Shown in pieces: positions 38,224 to 52,051 of a stretch of DNA of 64,000 bases (position 1 is the first letter of the stretch; each line of letters begins with the position of its first letter). The DNA lies in NCBI RefSeq assembly GCF_006345805.1, contig NC_043015.1, positions 11,036,001 to 11,100,000 on the forward strand, in the 5' to 3' direction. Under the pieces are notes generated by a model. That model searched no databases. It was not told the origin of the DNA and worked only from the letters and a program-made list of their open reading frames with translations. This stretch comes from Octopus sinensis. Its lineage: Eukaryota. A program made the position numbers and the translations under genes.

Positions 38224-41200
38224 AACTAGATCTGATCTAAAAGCTTTTGGTAAAACATGATCAAGAGCAAAAACGTTTTAGTGCCAAAGATGGTATTAGA
38301 TAAATCGCCCTAATGGAAATAAGATACACGTATGTTTTACATCACGTCTTATAATCGTCCAGGTGCACCAGATAGGAGCGCTGGTTTCAGGTAGATCACA
38401 CGTGTGCTTTGTAGATTAGTAACTGTTATTGGCTGAAAGACTTTGGAGAGAAAGGTCTGTTGTTGTGATGCGGTGTTGTCTAAGTGTATGCTATTTCCGA
38501 TAGGAATCCACTAAACTTCAGATGCAGCAATTGGGGCTCTTGTGCGGTTTCTAGATAAGTGCTCATCATCATTTAGGTAGTTGTTTACAAAGATACTTTC
38601 TTACAAACATGGTATAGCGTCACTATTTCCAAGAAAGAGAACCTCCCTGATTGCATCAACTTTCATTTTATCACATTATGAAGTCTGTAGGGTAATGGAC
38701 GTAGATACAAAGACACACACGCACACATACACGTATGTACATAGATGCACACATGTACACATCTACGCACGCATAAACATACGTTTATAGATCATGGTTC
38801 TATAGCTACTAACATTATGTAATGCAATATATGTCTCGTGTTTAGGGACTCTGTTCACCAGATCCCCTCATCTCCTCTAAACTAGCATACAGTTTGAGAA
38901 GTTGTGTCGATTTCCAAGCAAGATTTAAAATAAAACATGTAAAATAGCGGATACTCCATCACCGCGACACACCGTCTAAACGCTCCAAGAGTGGGGACAA
39001 CCTTCACATACTATTTCTTCAAAGCGTGGATTATGTTGCGATGAAATTCAGACATCATGCATATAGGATCAATACTCAACATATGAAATGAATTTCGTTT
39101 CCGTTTTCACTTTTTTCTCCGTAAATTGTCTATAAATATACAAAAGAAAGAAACCTTCATCAATCTGAAGATGTAGATATATTATTTAGTGCTTTTAAAT
39201 ATGATAGAAATATGAGGGGAGAAGTTAAAGTGAACATCTTATAGGAACCATAGTTTTCATAGACGTATCGTGAAGTCATTCATATGTTGCACACTAAGTT
39301 GTAGCAGAATATATAAAATAATAGGATTGTCACCGAAGCCCCTCAATCTTAATCACTCAAAATTCTGCTCTAACATCTGTCCACATGAATGAATTCTATT
39401 AACACAAAATTCGCAACACAGTAAAGTACAATTCAACAGGACGATTATGATTTCTAAATTGTGTTTCATTCTCATACTCGATAGATAACTATTGCGTGTA
39501 ATTCTAGTTGAAAGTTAGATCTTACATGTGCAAATATAAGCGGCATTCTCGAATATAGCCCACGCAAAACGTAAGTCTAAAATATGATCTTAAAGGATTT
39601 CAATCTTAATAACACAAGCGGAATTTATCGCATAGCACTGATATATGGAAATTATTACTTACAGTTGTAAATGTTCAAGAATTAAGAGAAGCCTTTGAAA
39701 AAACATATCAATGTCAACGCAATTCTAAGTATTTGGAAACACTTAAGAATTCCAAACTAAACAATGATGTTTAATTGGTTGAGATGAATGCGTTGTAAGT
39801 GGAGATCTGAAACAAACGAGATGACAGCATGACAGTAATAATGGAATGTAGATTTGCCAATAGGAGAGTGAAAAATAATAATTAGCGCAGTAAAATATAT
39901 ATGGATTCTTAATGCTAAAAATATAAAGACGTGTTAAGCAAATATCCAAGTGCGTATTTCCTGTAGGTTATAAATGAGCAAAGACCTAAAAAATGTCAAT
40001 TTATCAAGTTAAATATGGCAACCGACCAACCAAATCAAATGGACTTGGAATGAATCCTAGCTGACAGTAATATAATGATTCTATAACAAAACCTATTCAT
40101 ATTGATATCAATATGGTCCAAGAATAACTTCAAAAGTTACACTGTTATGACAAATATATATGAAATGAAACCGAACTGATAAAGTAAGGATGTGAATATA
40201 TTATGAAGATGCTATAGGAATATTGTAACCAGATATCAGCTGAGGGGATGAAAGCAATGCAAAAACAACCTTAGAGTTAAACTAATGAACTAACAATTAT
40301 TAGTGAACCGCAAACTAGTTTACAAAATGGGAAGGAAAAATATACGAGCAGATTCTTAATAGTTTGAAAGAAAAATACTTGGATTAGCATTTAAATATTT
40401 ACCACAGATTTATAAGCTATTAACATCATATTCCATATAATTACGTGCAGTTTGTGGTGTGTGGTGGTGCAGCTTATAGGGATAAAATATAATAGCACCC
40501 TAACGGGTGTGAATAGGGTTAGCTATGCTTATTTGGCGTCGACTGTTGGAAGGTGATTTATATATCATCAGGCGGTCCTTTGGCACTTCGAAAATTATTT
40601 TTATTTAGATTTACAACAGGGACTTATTGTCGCCTTCTAAATGAGGGCTCATCCCTATTCACATCTGTCAAAGTTCGTAAATTATTTTCATCACCTCGAA
40701 CGAATTAGAATCTCTGTTCACACAGTGGCTCGGGCCTAGATAAGGTCATGAAAGAAATTACTGTTACCTCTTTTTCTCTCGAAAACTGTAAATTTAACGA
40801 TGGTTTAAACGTTAAACTAAAGTTAGTATCAGCGATGCGATTCCTCTCCATCGTCAACATTGAGAAGAATAGCTTACAAAATATTTCAAAATATTCAGTC
40901 TAATGACTATATACTTTCAACGAACTGAAACGTTTGATGTTTCTGTAATTTAACAGAATAGAGTGTTGTCTGATTTGCTTTAAAACTTATTGAAACTGTG
41001 GCACGTCGAGAAGACAAGTCTGTGTGAAATATGTCTCACTAACCGTTGTACTATTTAATGTTCAGGTCAGTGTTATTTCCTAAATATGAATAACATCGTT
41101 TTGTTAGTATTTATTTACAGTTTATACAAACTATTTGTATGCGTTATAATCGAGATGAAAGAGATTACCATGCTCAAGTTTTAAACGAATTTCAAATTAC

Positions 41201-41685
41201 AATTGCTTGATTCCGACATTCACAAATTAATATGATATTTCTTCGTTTACCTACGATCATGTTTATAACTCCTAATTCTATCCTGGATATCGAATGTATT
41301 TCGTTGTTGACAAGTAGGTCCAGATGTCGGTGTAGCCTTAAGAATCTTATTATACCTGTTTACAAGTATGTATGAGTCATGGTGTTAAAAGTTTTCCTTT
41401 GTTCTTGTTATAGGATATGCCAGCTGATTAAAACCTGATCTTTAATTTAAAATGTCCTATCAGAAAAGCGACTCCCACTACAATCATTTTTTCAGACACA
41501 GCTTACCTACAAATATATCATAAATGTATCCTTCCTGTTCTGGAATATTATAGGACGTGATGTAAAGCATACGTGTATCTTATTTCCATTAGGGTGATTG
41601 ATCTAAGATCTAATACCATCTTTGGCACTGGAACGTTTTTGCTCTTGATCATGTTTTACCAAAAGCTTTTAGATCAGCTCTAGTT
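38224..41685. repeat. Long-range inverted repeat: arms 38224-38355 and 41547-41685
   Basis: ctgatctaaaagcttttggtaaaacatgatcaagagcaaaaacg...ccctaatggaaataagatacacgtatg occurs in opposite orientations with few differences. Confidence 0.88.
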
Positions 41686-42362
41686 AAACAAAATATGTAT
41701 TCAATAAGGGACAAACCATAATCAGTATGTAATTTGCCCTTCCGGTATTGTTTAACAGAACTGCATTTTAGAATGTTTGATTTCATTTTTTTTATTTTTG
41801 AGGAAATAAAGGATGAGTGGAAAGATATATCGCAACCATATTATGTATACCAATCGATCGTGTAGCATTTACAATACCGGAAGGGACCTTATTCTCTTGA
41901 AATCTGTATATGTATATATATATCAAACAGTAATGTTTTTATATACTTATTTCCCAATGAACGTTTTTACTCATGCTGAATGTCTGCATTCGTGTATGAA
42001 ATCTCTCTTTGTACAAAGAATTTCACTCCTTTTTCAAGTGCACTGGAAATCTATTATAATGATCGGAAGTTTTAGGTATATGGTATATCCGTTCCCTTCA
42101 TCTCCTTACGTACATGTTCATGTCTCTGTAAAAAAAACACGCACGCACACACAGAAAGACAAACACACACACACACACAAACACACATATATACAAATAT
42201 ATAAATAAACAGACATATATATAAATATGTATATATATACATGTGTGTGTATGTATGTATGTATATACGTATATATATATATATATATCTGTGTGGGTTT
42301 ATATACCCGTAACTTAGCAGGTTTATAAACGGGTATATATACATTTATGTATATATATAGAT

Positions 42363-42431
<69 letters not shown>

Positions 42432-42734
42432 TAAACTACCAAAACGCCCCCCGTCCAATGGACTGAGAAACACTGGTTTAACTTAAATTTGAGACCCCAG
42501 CAAAGAAAAACGATTTTATTCACACACATATGCAACCGAAGACTTTAAAGTACCAGTAATGGTAAGGCTGTTCATTGGGAGAATACAAACATTGTTTAAA
42601 CAGTAATCTAGGCAGGAAAGAAACGTGCCTTTAAGCAGTACAAAACCTACAAAAAATGGAAGGTGCAGTTATATACAGGTTGACGGAAGAAAAGCAGTGA
42701 CAAAAACGGCTTTATGGATCGTATTCTCGTATGG

Positions 42735-42900
42735 AATCGATTTTTGTAATTCCTTCATAACCTGTACACGCCCTGATACCGTCGGTATCTACATATCAAA
42801 TTTGAGCGCAATCGGATGGAGGATGCCCGAGATCCGAGAAGACACACAGACAGACAGTACAGTTTGTATATAAGATATATATTATATATATATATATATG
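42735..42900 (+). mobile_element. Non-autonomous Helitron/Helentron-like (DINE-1/HINE-like) fragment
   Basis: acatatcaaatttgagcgcaatcggatg...gacacacagacagacag..tttgtatataagat resembles the 'aaatttca..aaatcgg' plus (CAGA)n signature of this class. Confidence 0.45.
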
Positions 42901-42928
42901 TATGTATGCATACCTATTTACATATATA

Positions 42929-42974
<46 letters not shown>

Positions 42975-43150
42975 TACATAAAATAATAGTTATCGCCATA
43001 CTAATATGGCATTCTTATAAAAATAAGAATAAAGCTGTCCGCTTATTAGCTCCATGAGGCTATCGCCTTAAGTTAGCTATTTGATACACAAACTGTATCC
43101 ATATACCTTCGAACAAGGGAGGTCAGTCACTCCACACTACTTGACCGGCA

Positions 43151-43191
43151 GCTACAGACGCGTTTCGGGGTATTGCCCCTTTCAATGCAGC
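43151..43191 (-). ncRNA. Hammerhead-like motif, variant core with 3-A run (possibly defective)
   Basis: Minus strand: GCTGCA-TTGAAA-GGGG CAATA CCCC-GAAA-CGCGTC-TGTAGC. Confidence 0.5.
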
Positions 43192-43601
43192 GTAGCCAGC
43201 CAGTAGGTGTCGCTTCCGACAATCTCTGTTCGATGGTTTTATTTACCTAGTTTCGGTGGAATACATCCACTTGTTTTCAATAATAGAAATATTAAAATTA
43301 CTAAGTCTCTCTAAGTCTCTCGAAGGTTATATGGATACAGTTTGTGTATCAAATAGCTAACTTAAGGCGATGGCCTCATGGAGCTAATAAGCGGACAGCT
43401 TTATTCTTATTTTTATAAGAATGCCATATTAGTATGGCGATAACTATTATTTTCCGGGAACGCTGCCGCTGTTCTCTTTTAGAGAGACTTAGTAATTTTA
43501 ATATTTCTATTATTGAAAACAAGTGGATGTATTCCACCGAAACTAGGTAAATAAAACCATCGAACAGAGATTGTCGGAAGCGACACCTACTGGCTGGCTA
43601 C

Positions 43602-43644
43602 GCTGCATTGAAAAAGGGGCAATACCCCGAAACGCGTCTGTAGC
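43602..43644 (+). ncRNA. Minimal type I hammerhead ribozyme, variant core (U3-A8 plus extra A)
   Basis: GCTGCA-TTGAAAAA-GGGG CAATA CCCC-GAAA-CGCGTC-TGTAGC: 6-bp stem I (one G-U), 4-bp stem II, palindromic ACGCGT stem III, GUC site. Confidence 0.65.
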
Positions 43645-43876
43645 TGCCGGTCAAGTAGTGTGGTGTGACTGACCTCCCTTGTTCGAAGGTTATATGGATA
43701 CAGTTTGCGTATCAAATAGCTAACTTAAGGCGATGGCCTCATGGAGCTAATAAGCGGACAGCTTTATTCTTATTTTTATAAGAATGCCATATTAGTATGG
43801 CGATAACTATTATTTTCCGGGAACGCTGCCGCTGTTCTCTTTTAGAGAGACTTAGTAATTTTAATATTTCTATTAC

Positions 43877-43921
<45 letters not shown>

Positions 43922-44039
43922 ATATATATACTATATATATATTTGTACACGCACAAACACAGACACACACACACACACATATGTGTGTGTGTGAGGGGAC
44001 AGACGAAAGTAAAGCTTACTCAACAATTTTAGTGGGAGT

Positions 44040-45990
44040 TACGTGTAATATCTAAAACTGTTTCACTTGATTTCCATGCTACTTCAAGTTTTGCAGGCCC
44101 CCTAACAGAGCGCATGTACTTCGGACTTAAGTAGATTACGTAGAACTATTTTAGATAGAAATATACCTATACCTAGAAATATTATAACACTCAAAATATG
44201 TTGTAATGCACATGAAGCTTATTGTTTAATAATATTGAAATATATTTTTACATACATTTTTACAAGTAGACACTGACAATCAGTATTTGTCTATCAATAC
44301 TATTATACTTTTTGCTAGAAACCTTAATATGAATGAAATTAATGTTATCCTAGCTGCTCGAAATTCAATTGAGTTTGATAGTAAATATTGGACTAGAAAA
44401 GACACTCCTAACGGCTTCGACATTACAATGGGCGCCGCCGACTCGGTCTAATTACGGGATCTCGTTGGACTTTATCTTTTGTAGAACCTGCATGAGGAAT
44501 TTCCTGAACTGAGGGGAGGGTTATATCGGGGCGATGCACTTTTTCTCACAAAATTCCTCGAATAGACAGAATTATTTCAGAGAAGACTATTTTTTTCAGA
44601 AACTATGGGCTCTCCATCTCTTTTGAAAATGATAAATCAGTTAAGTTTTTAGATGCTAATTTCAACTTTATAACTGCTAAACGCGAAACTTTTTATAAAT
44701 TAAATACGAATTTAAGCTACATTAATTTCCTAAGTAATTATCCAGGATCAATTTGAAACGTTAATCTAAAACATAGAAACATGAACATCAAGACTATCAT
44801 CTAACGAAGAAATATTTATGAAACATGGAGATTATTACAACATGGCTGTAGGTAAAGCTGGTCACAGATACAAGATAAAATACTATCCACCAAATGATAA
44901 AATTATACATGATGGAATAAATTATACGATAGGATTTAAAACTGTTAGAACAGCTAATTCAATCAAAGTTAAACCTATGACTTAAAGAAAGCAGAATTAA
45001 TAAATCATGTAATAATAAACCGTTAAGCGGTAATAATAATAAACTCGAAATAAATAAACATCAACCTCGAAATAGAAATTACAATATAGAAAAATATTAA
45101 ATTTTCTTCTCAACATAATATAAATAATAGGCAACTGATAAATAATTATCATTATTCTTATATTGACAAACACATAAATAATAAAGCAGATGATAATAAC
45201 AAGCCAATAATTCCCTTGAATAATCATACCATTGATAATCCACGTAATATTCGTAATAGAAAACATCAACCATATAACCCTTCCATAAATTTTACTAAAC
45301 CAAAAATAGATTATAAACACTCTAAAGATAATTCTGAAGAATTTATTACGATTTGGGTTATCATTCTGTACGCTATAAAACATAAAACTAATTTAATCAC
45401 ATCTATATACATGTCTATTTATGAGCCCTTGAACAACTATAATAAATATAGCGAAATTATTAATTATAAACATGTCAGAGTTGGTTTTAGTTTAAACTGT
45501 AACCTATTCATGATTATATCATCAATTGACAACAAAAAATAAAATAATTACGAGAGTAGTAGAAATGTCCAATACAACAATTCACCTCAAATTTAATTTA
45601 ACCTAAATAATAATGTTAACGGCCATAAATACCTTAATGATAGAAAGAAAATAACCCATATTAATACTTCGAATCACATACATAAAGATATAAACGAAAC
45701 TTGTGACTATAAGGTTAAAATTAATAGAAAGAAAGATAACTTAGTCTACCAATGTATAATAGAATCTATATGAAAGAGAATAGAATCAAAATTAGTGTGG
45801 CTAACCGTTTACAGAGATTTAAAAATGGACAAAAAAAGAATTCTGCTGGATTAAGTAAGTTTATATGGGAATTTAAGGAAAATAACATTGAATTTAAAAT
45901 TACATGGGAGATCGTGAGATTTGCAACGTCAGGGAAATCTCCAACAAAAGATGTGACACGTGTACTGAAGAAGCATATAAAATTCTTATT
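44040..45990 (+). mobile_element. Degenerate Penelope-like element: reverse transcriptase plus GIY-YIG endonuclease
   Basis: HTFLQVDTDNQYLSI, FDITMGAADSV*LRDLVGLYLL, GLYRGD, VKFLDANFNF, SRLSSNEEIF, IINYKHVRVGFS, DNLVYQC, LSKFIWEFKEN..FKITWEIV, RCDTCTEEAYKIL. These follow the PLE RT to GIY-YIG order, with many stops. Confidence 0.85.
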
Positions 45991-46210
45991 CTTTTATTCT
46001 TTTACTTGTTTCAGTCATTTGACTGCGGCTATGGTGGAGCACCGCCTTTAGTCGAGCAATTAGAATACAGGACTTCTTTTTGTAAGCCTAGTATTATTCG
46101 ATCACTCTCTTTTGCCGAATCGCTAAGTGACGGGACGTAAACACACCTCCATCTGTTGTCAAGTGATGTTGGGGGAAAAAACACACACATACACACATGC
46201 ACATACACAC

Positions 46211-46293
<83 letters not shown>

Positions 46294-46441
46294 CGACGGG
46301 CTTTTTTTCAGTTTCCGTCAACCAAATCCACTCACAAGGCTCTGGTTGGCTGGAGGCTATAGAAGAAGACGCCCAACGTGCCACGCAGTGGTTCTGAACC
46401 ATGTGGTTGTTAATGAAGCTACTTACCACACAGCCACTATT
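45988..46441 (-). mobile_element. Full-length SINE family A (head about 46441, internal (TA)/(CA) microsatellite, tail about 45988)
   Basis: The head/body at 46293-46441 is the reverse complement of the 27588 copy; the tail matches the other family A tails. Confidence 0.85.
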
Positions 46442-46929
46442 TCTATTAACATTAAATGAGATGACATAACGTAACAAATTCATAACTATAACTAATACAA
46501 CAGTCTTTCTAACTGAATATCAATTTTTTTATCTTACAATGCTTAATATTTTTGACCTACAATTTGATGTTATTATTAATTTTAATCTATAATTAACAAA
46601 ACTTATTAATTAAATAATATAGAGTATCTCAATTCCGATATATTGATAATAACCCGAAATTCTGTCTATGGACTACATTTCCAATGACGTAATGCACAAT
46701 ATCTCTATCTAGAATGTAAACAAATAGGATATATTCTTGTGCCGATTATACTGGTGGATAAATATCTCTCCTTATCATTCTATGTAAAGATATTTAATAG
46801 AAGCGTTAACTAAATCAGACTTAAACGTAAAGAAATACTATCGAATTGAAGGTTATAGTGAGTATATATGTATATGATTATATGCCATGTTCACGTACCG
46901 ATGTGCGTGTATTTGATTATGTGTTCATT

Positions 46930-47455
<526 letters not shown>

Positions 47456-47657
47456 AAAACTACAATATTTTCATGCATCGCTACGCACGTTTCTACAACG
47501 CGCTTATCTCTTGAGATCACATTCCGTATCTTGGGATGTTTTCAGTGTAGTTCCTGACATCCATGGACATCAGGTAGATCATCTACACAGATATATTTTT
47601 TCAGGCGATATAACATTCATGGATGTTTAACTGAGGGTTGCTTAACAACACACACAT

Positions 47658-47696
<39 letters not shown>

Positions 47697-50579
47697 CATG
47701 TGTATGTATGTATATGTATGTACTAAAATTTGAATTGGAAGCATCAAGCACACATACGTAAGGTGTTTGTGTGTGTATGTGTTGTTAGTTCGTGTGTTGG
47801 CTGCGGCTTTTAAGCGTAAGACATATTCAAGCGTAAGTATGTGTATGTACATACACACACATACGCACACACACACACACACAAGCACAAACACACACAC
47901 AAACATATATATATATATACGTATGTGTATCGGCCTGTCTGTGTGGCTGCATGTCTGTATCTGTGTGTCTAGCTTTGTATAAATACCAGAATTTTTTGTA
48001 ATGCTCTTGCAAACATTTTTATCAATTTTTATATGATTTTTGAAAACAAGGTTTTTAACCCAATGTATACAATACTTCACATCTGCGCTACAACATATCA
48101 CATTGCATTGAAGCAGGTGTGATAACGGCTCTTTCTGTAACGACTACTCACAGGTTAAATTCGAAGAGAGGGAGAGAGGGTGAGCGAGAGAGCCAAGAAG
48201 AAACCTCCCCAGTATTTGGTGGTTTCTTATTTGTTGACACAAGGCGCATGAAATTCAAAGTTGATTTTAGTAGGATTTGAACTCTGAGAAGGTGAGTAAA
48301 TATCTCAAGGCATTGTATCTGAGTGATATTCTAAAGATTCTGCAAATTATTTGTCACCTACTGCATGGTCTACTGGTAATAGTGATTTTCATCTCGTTGT
48401 TTCCATTGTCAACGTCACTGTTCTTGTTTTGGTTAATCAGATCATACACCGCAGGCTGTGATACTGATCCGCTTCGATTCCGACCTTTATGCGACACATG
48501 CTGAACTAGTTAATCGTGATTCAACGAATAATAGATAACCCGCAGCGAATTTCAGATTTCTGTAGAAGTGAAGAAGCGTTTAATTCTATTTTTATTCTGA
48601 ATTTCTTTTTTCCAATAAGGAATATAGCCATTGGAGAAACGAGTCACAAAACCACCATTTGTCAATAATACAGTAAATATGCCGACTAGAATAAACAGCA
48701 TCTGTTGAAATGGATTGCTTCTTTCTGGATGCTGCGTATTTTACCTTGAGGTAAGAAGTACTCCTTCGGTTTTCTTATCGACAAGTAAAGACCAGCGTCA
48801 CAGAAGAAAGAGTTTAATCTTAAGTTAGTTGTTGCTGACGATGATGATTTCTATGTGGTTGCTGTTGCAGAAAGAAAATAGTTAATATGCTATTAATGGT
48901 AATATCGCAGTTAAGTGTTCAAGGGTATACACAGATGTTAACAATACTAGCTACACGCAATACGAATTAGAAAATACAAGCTTCAGGCCAACAATGACGC
49001 AGAACTATGATAAAACAACTTCGACTGTGGTCACACAGTCATTTCCAACCACGCAGAATGTCATTTGTGAGTATATATTCTAACGAATCAAACTACGACA
49101 TAGCTATCCATCGTTATTTCGTAGTATTTTTACGATAACAAGAGATAGCGAGCTAAAAAAATAAATTGACTACGCAATATTGATGCTTGCTCATCTAAAG
49201 TACGTTCATATTTTACATACCACCGCCTTCTAAACATGCACTGAATCCGAAAACATACTTATAGAAATGTGGAACGTTCACGGAGTTATCATAGGCCTAC
49301 AGGTGCAGTAGTCTTTACATTTTCGATTAACTTGCTACCAAAAGGAATTACATCCTACCGAATCGCACTCAGTAATTTTGGCCCCAAGACTAAGATGGCG
49401 TAGTCGTACAGAAAACACTTTTGATCCTAAACGAACGAAACCAACGCTAATCTGACACCAAAAACGGCAGCAATAATAACTGGAAATACAAGTAATGTAG
49501 TTTCCAGGCAATACATATTTAGAATTGGGGTACGATAACTACTATAACTACGTCATTTGTCGCTATTGTGCTTGCGTTTGCCTACCACATAGCGTGGCCA
49601 AGAAAAAACTGTCACCAAGAATCTTTCCCAACAAACTATAATTCGCAAAATTCCCTACTACTGAGGGGCTCATTACCTGTTCCAAAAAGCTATTATGTAA
49701 AGCAGCTGCATCAGAGCTGCATTTTTTTCAGAAAATAACGCAGTTCGCATAACGGCAGAGTCAACGGCGATTGAAAATGTTACAAGACACAAAGAAAATT
49801 TCCGAAAAATAGATATGTAAATGAGCTGCGTTTTTTTTTTCCAGGAAAGAACGCAGCTCGGGTAACGGACGGAGTCAAGCACTATTGAAGCGGTTGCAAG
49901 ACGCAACAAAAATTTTAGGAAGATAGATAAGTAGATGAGTGGAAACTTTACCGGTGAATGTGCTACATAATAAGGCACTAAAAGAGAATGACTCTCCACA
50001 GACATAACAGAACAACACTGTTCTTTGAAATCTACTTTATGAAACATATAATCACACTTCACAGTAAACCTTAATTTCAGAATTAAGCTCACAGATCGAA
50101 CACGCTATGACTCAATTCTTAATCCAAATACATTGTTTTTATACACATAAATTTGAATTTAAAACAATGCAAATTTTTTAAATGTTATCTCAAAAATAAC
50201 TGACAACAAATTCAAGAATTTATGAAGATGATGATGATAATAGCAACAAAGAATATTCAAAATAATAATATAGATAAATAAATGAATAAATAATGCTTCC
50301 TATATTTATCTCTGGTATTCAAAATAGAAATATTTAATCACTTCCATGTACATTTATGCATCCTCGAGATTTCCTTTTTTTTTTTACCTTAGGCAGAGAT
50401 TAAGATTAAAAATTAAAACTTTTTAAATAATAGCTTAATTTATAATCTTAATCCGTGCCGCCGGTTACAGATAAGAGAATTCAACTAATAAATATTTGGC
50501 GAGAGAATACAATTATTTTCCGCTTATGAAGATGCTGTACTTAAATGAGTATGTGAGTGTATGTTATTTTATGTATAAA

Positions 50580-51769
<1,190 letters not shown>

Positions 51770-51770
<1 letters not shown>

Positions 51771-51985
51771 TGTTCTTTTATTCTTTTTTCTGTTACTTGT
51801 TTCAGTTATTTGACTGTGGCCATGCTGGAGCACCGCTTTCAGTCGAACAAATCGACCCCAAGACTTATTCTTTGTATAACCAGATACTTATTCTATCGGT
51901 TTCTTTTGCTGAACCGCTAAGTTACGGAGACGAAAACACACTAACGTCTGTTGTTAAACGATGGTGGGGGACAAACACAGGCACA
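51770..51985 (-). mobile_element. SINE family A 3' half
   Basis: ttcagttatttgactgtggccatgctggagcaccgc...ggggacaaacacagg. Confidence 0.85.
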
Positions 51986-52051
51986 CAAATACACACACAC
52001 ACACAAAAACACACACACACACACACACACACAGATATATATATAATATAT

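Larger units (their letters stand above)
42980..43875. mobile_element. Young 363-bp HHR-bearing unit: inverted copy (42980-43312) plus direct copies (43321-43683, 43684-43875); Penelope pseudo-LTR or retrozyme-like
   Basis: cgaaggttatatggatacag starts at both 43321 and 43684; 42980-43312 is the reverse complement of the unit, with only about 5 differences seen. Confidence 0.85.

Noticed and set aside
47480-47580. Minus-strand HHR candidate (CUGAUGU...GAAACGUGCGUA)
   Set aside because: A9 is altered and there is no stem I or stem II pairing.
48611-48646. TCCAAT/ATTGGA stem followed by GAAACGAGTC
   Set aside because: No CUGANGA-like box directly before the stem and no stem I.
49673-50092. 139-aa minus-strand ORF as a protein-coding gene
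   Set aside because: Starts at a non-ATG codon, has no motif, and is better explained as UTR or promoter sequence.
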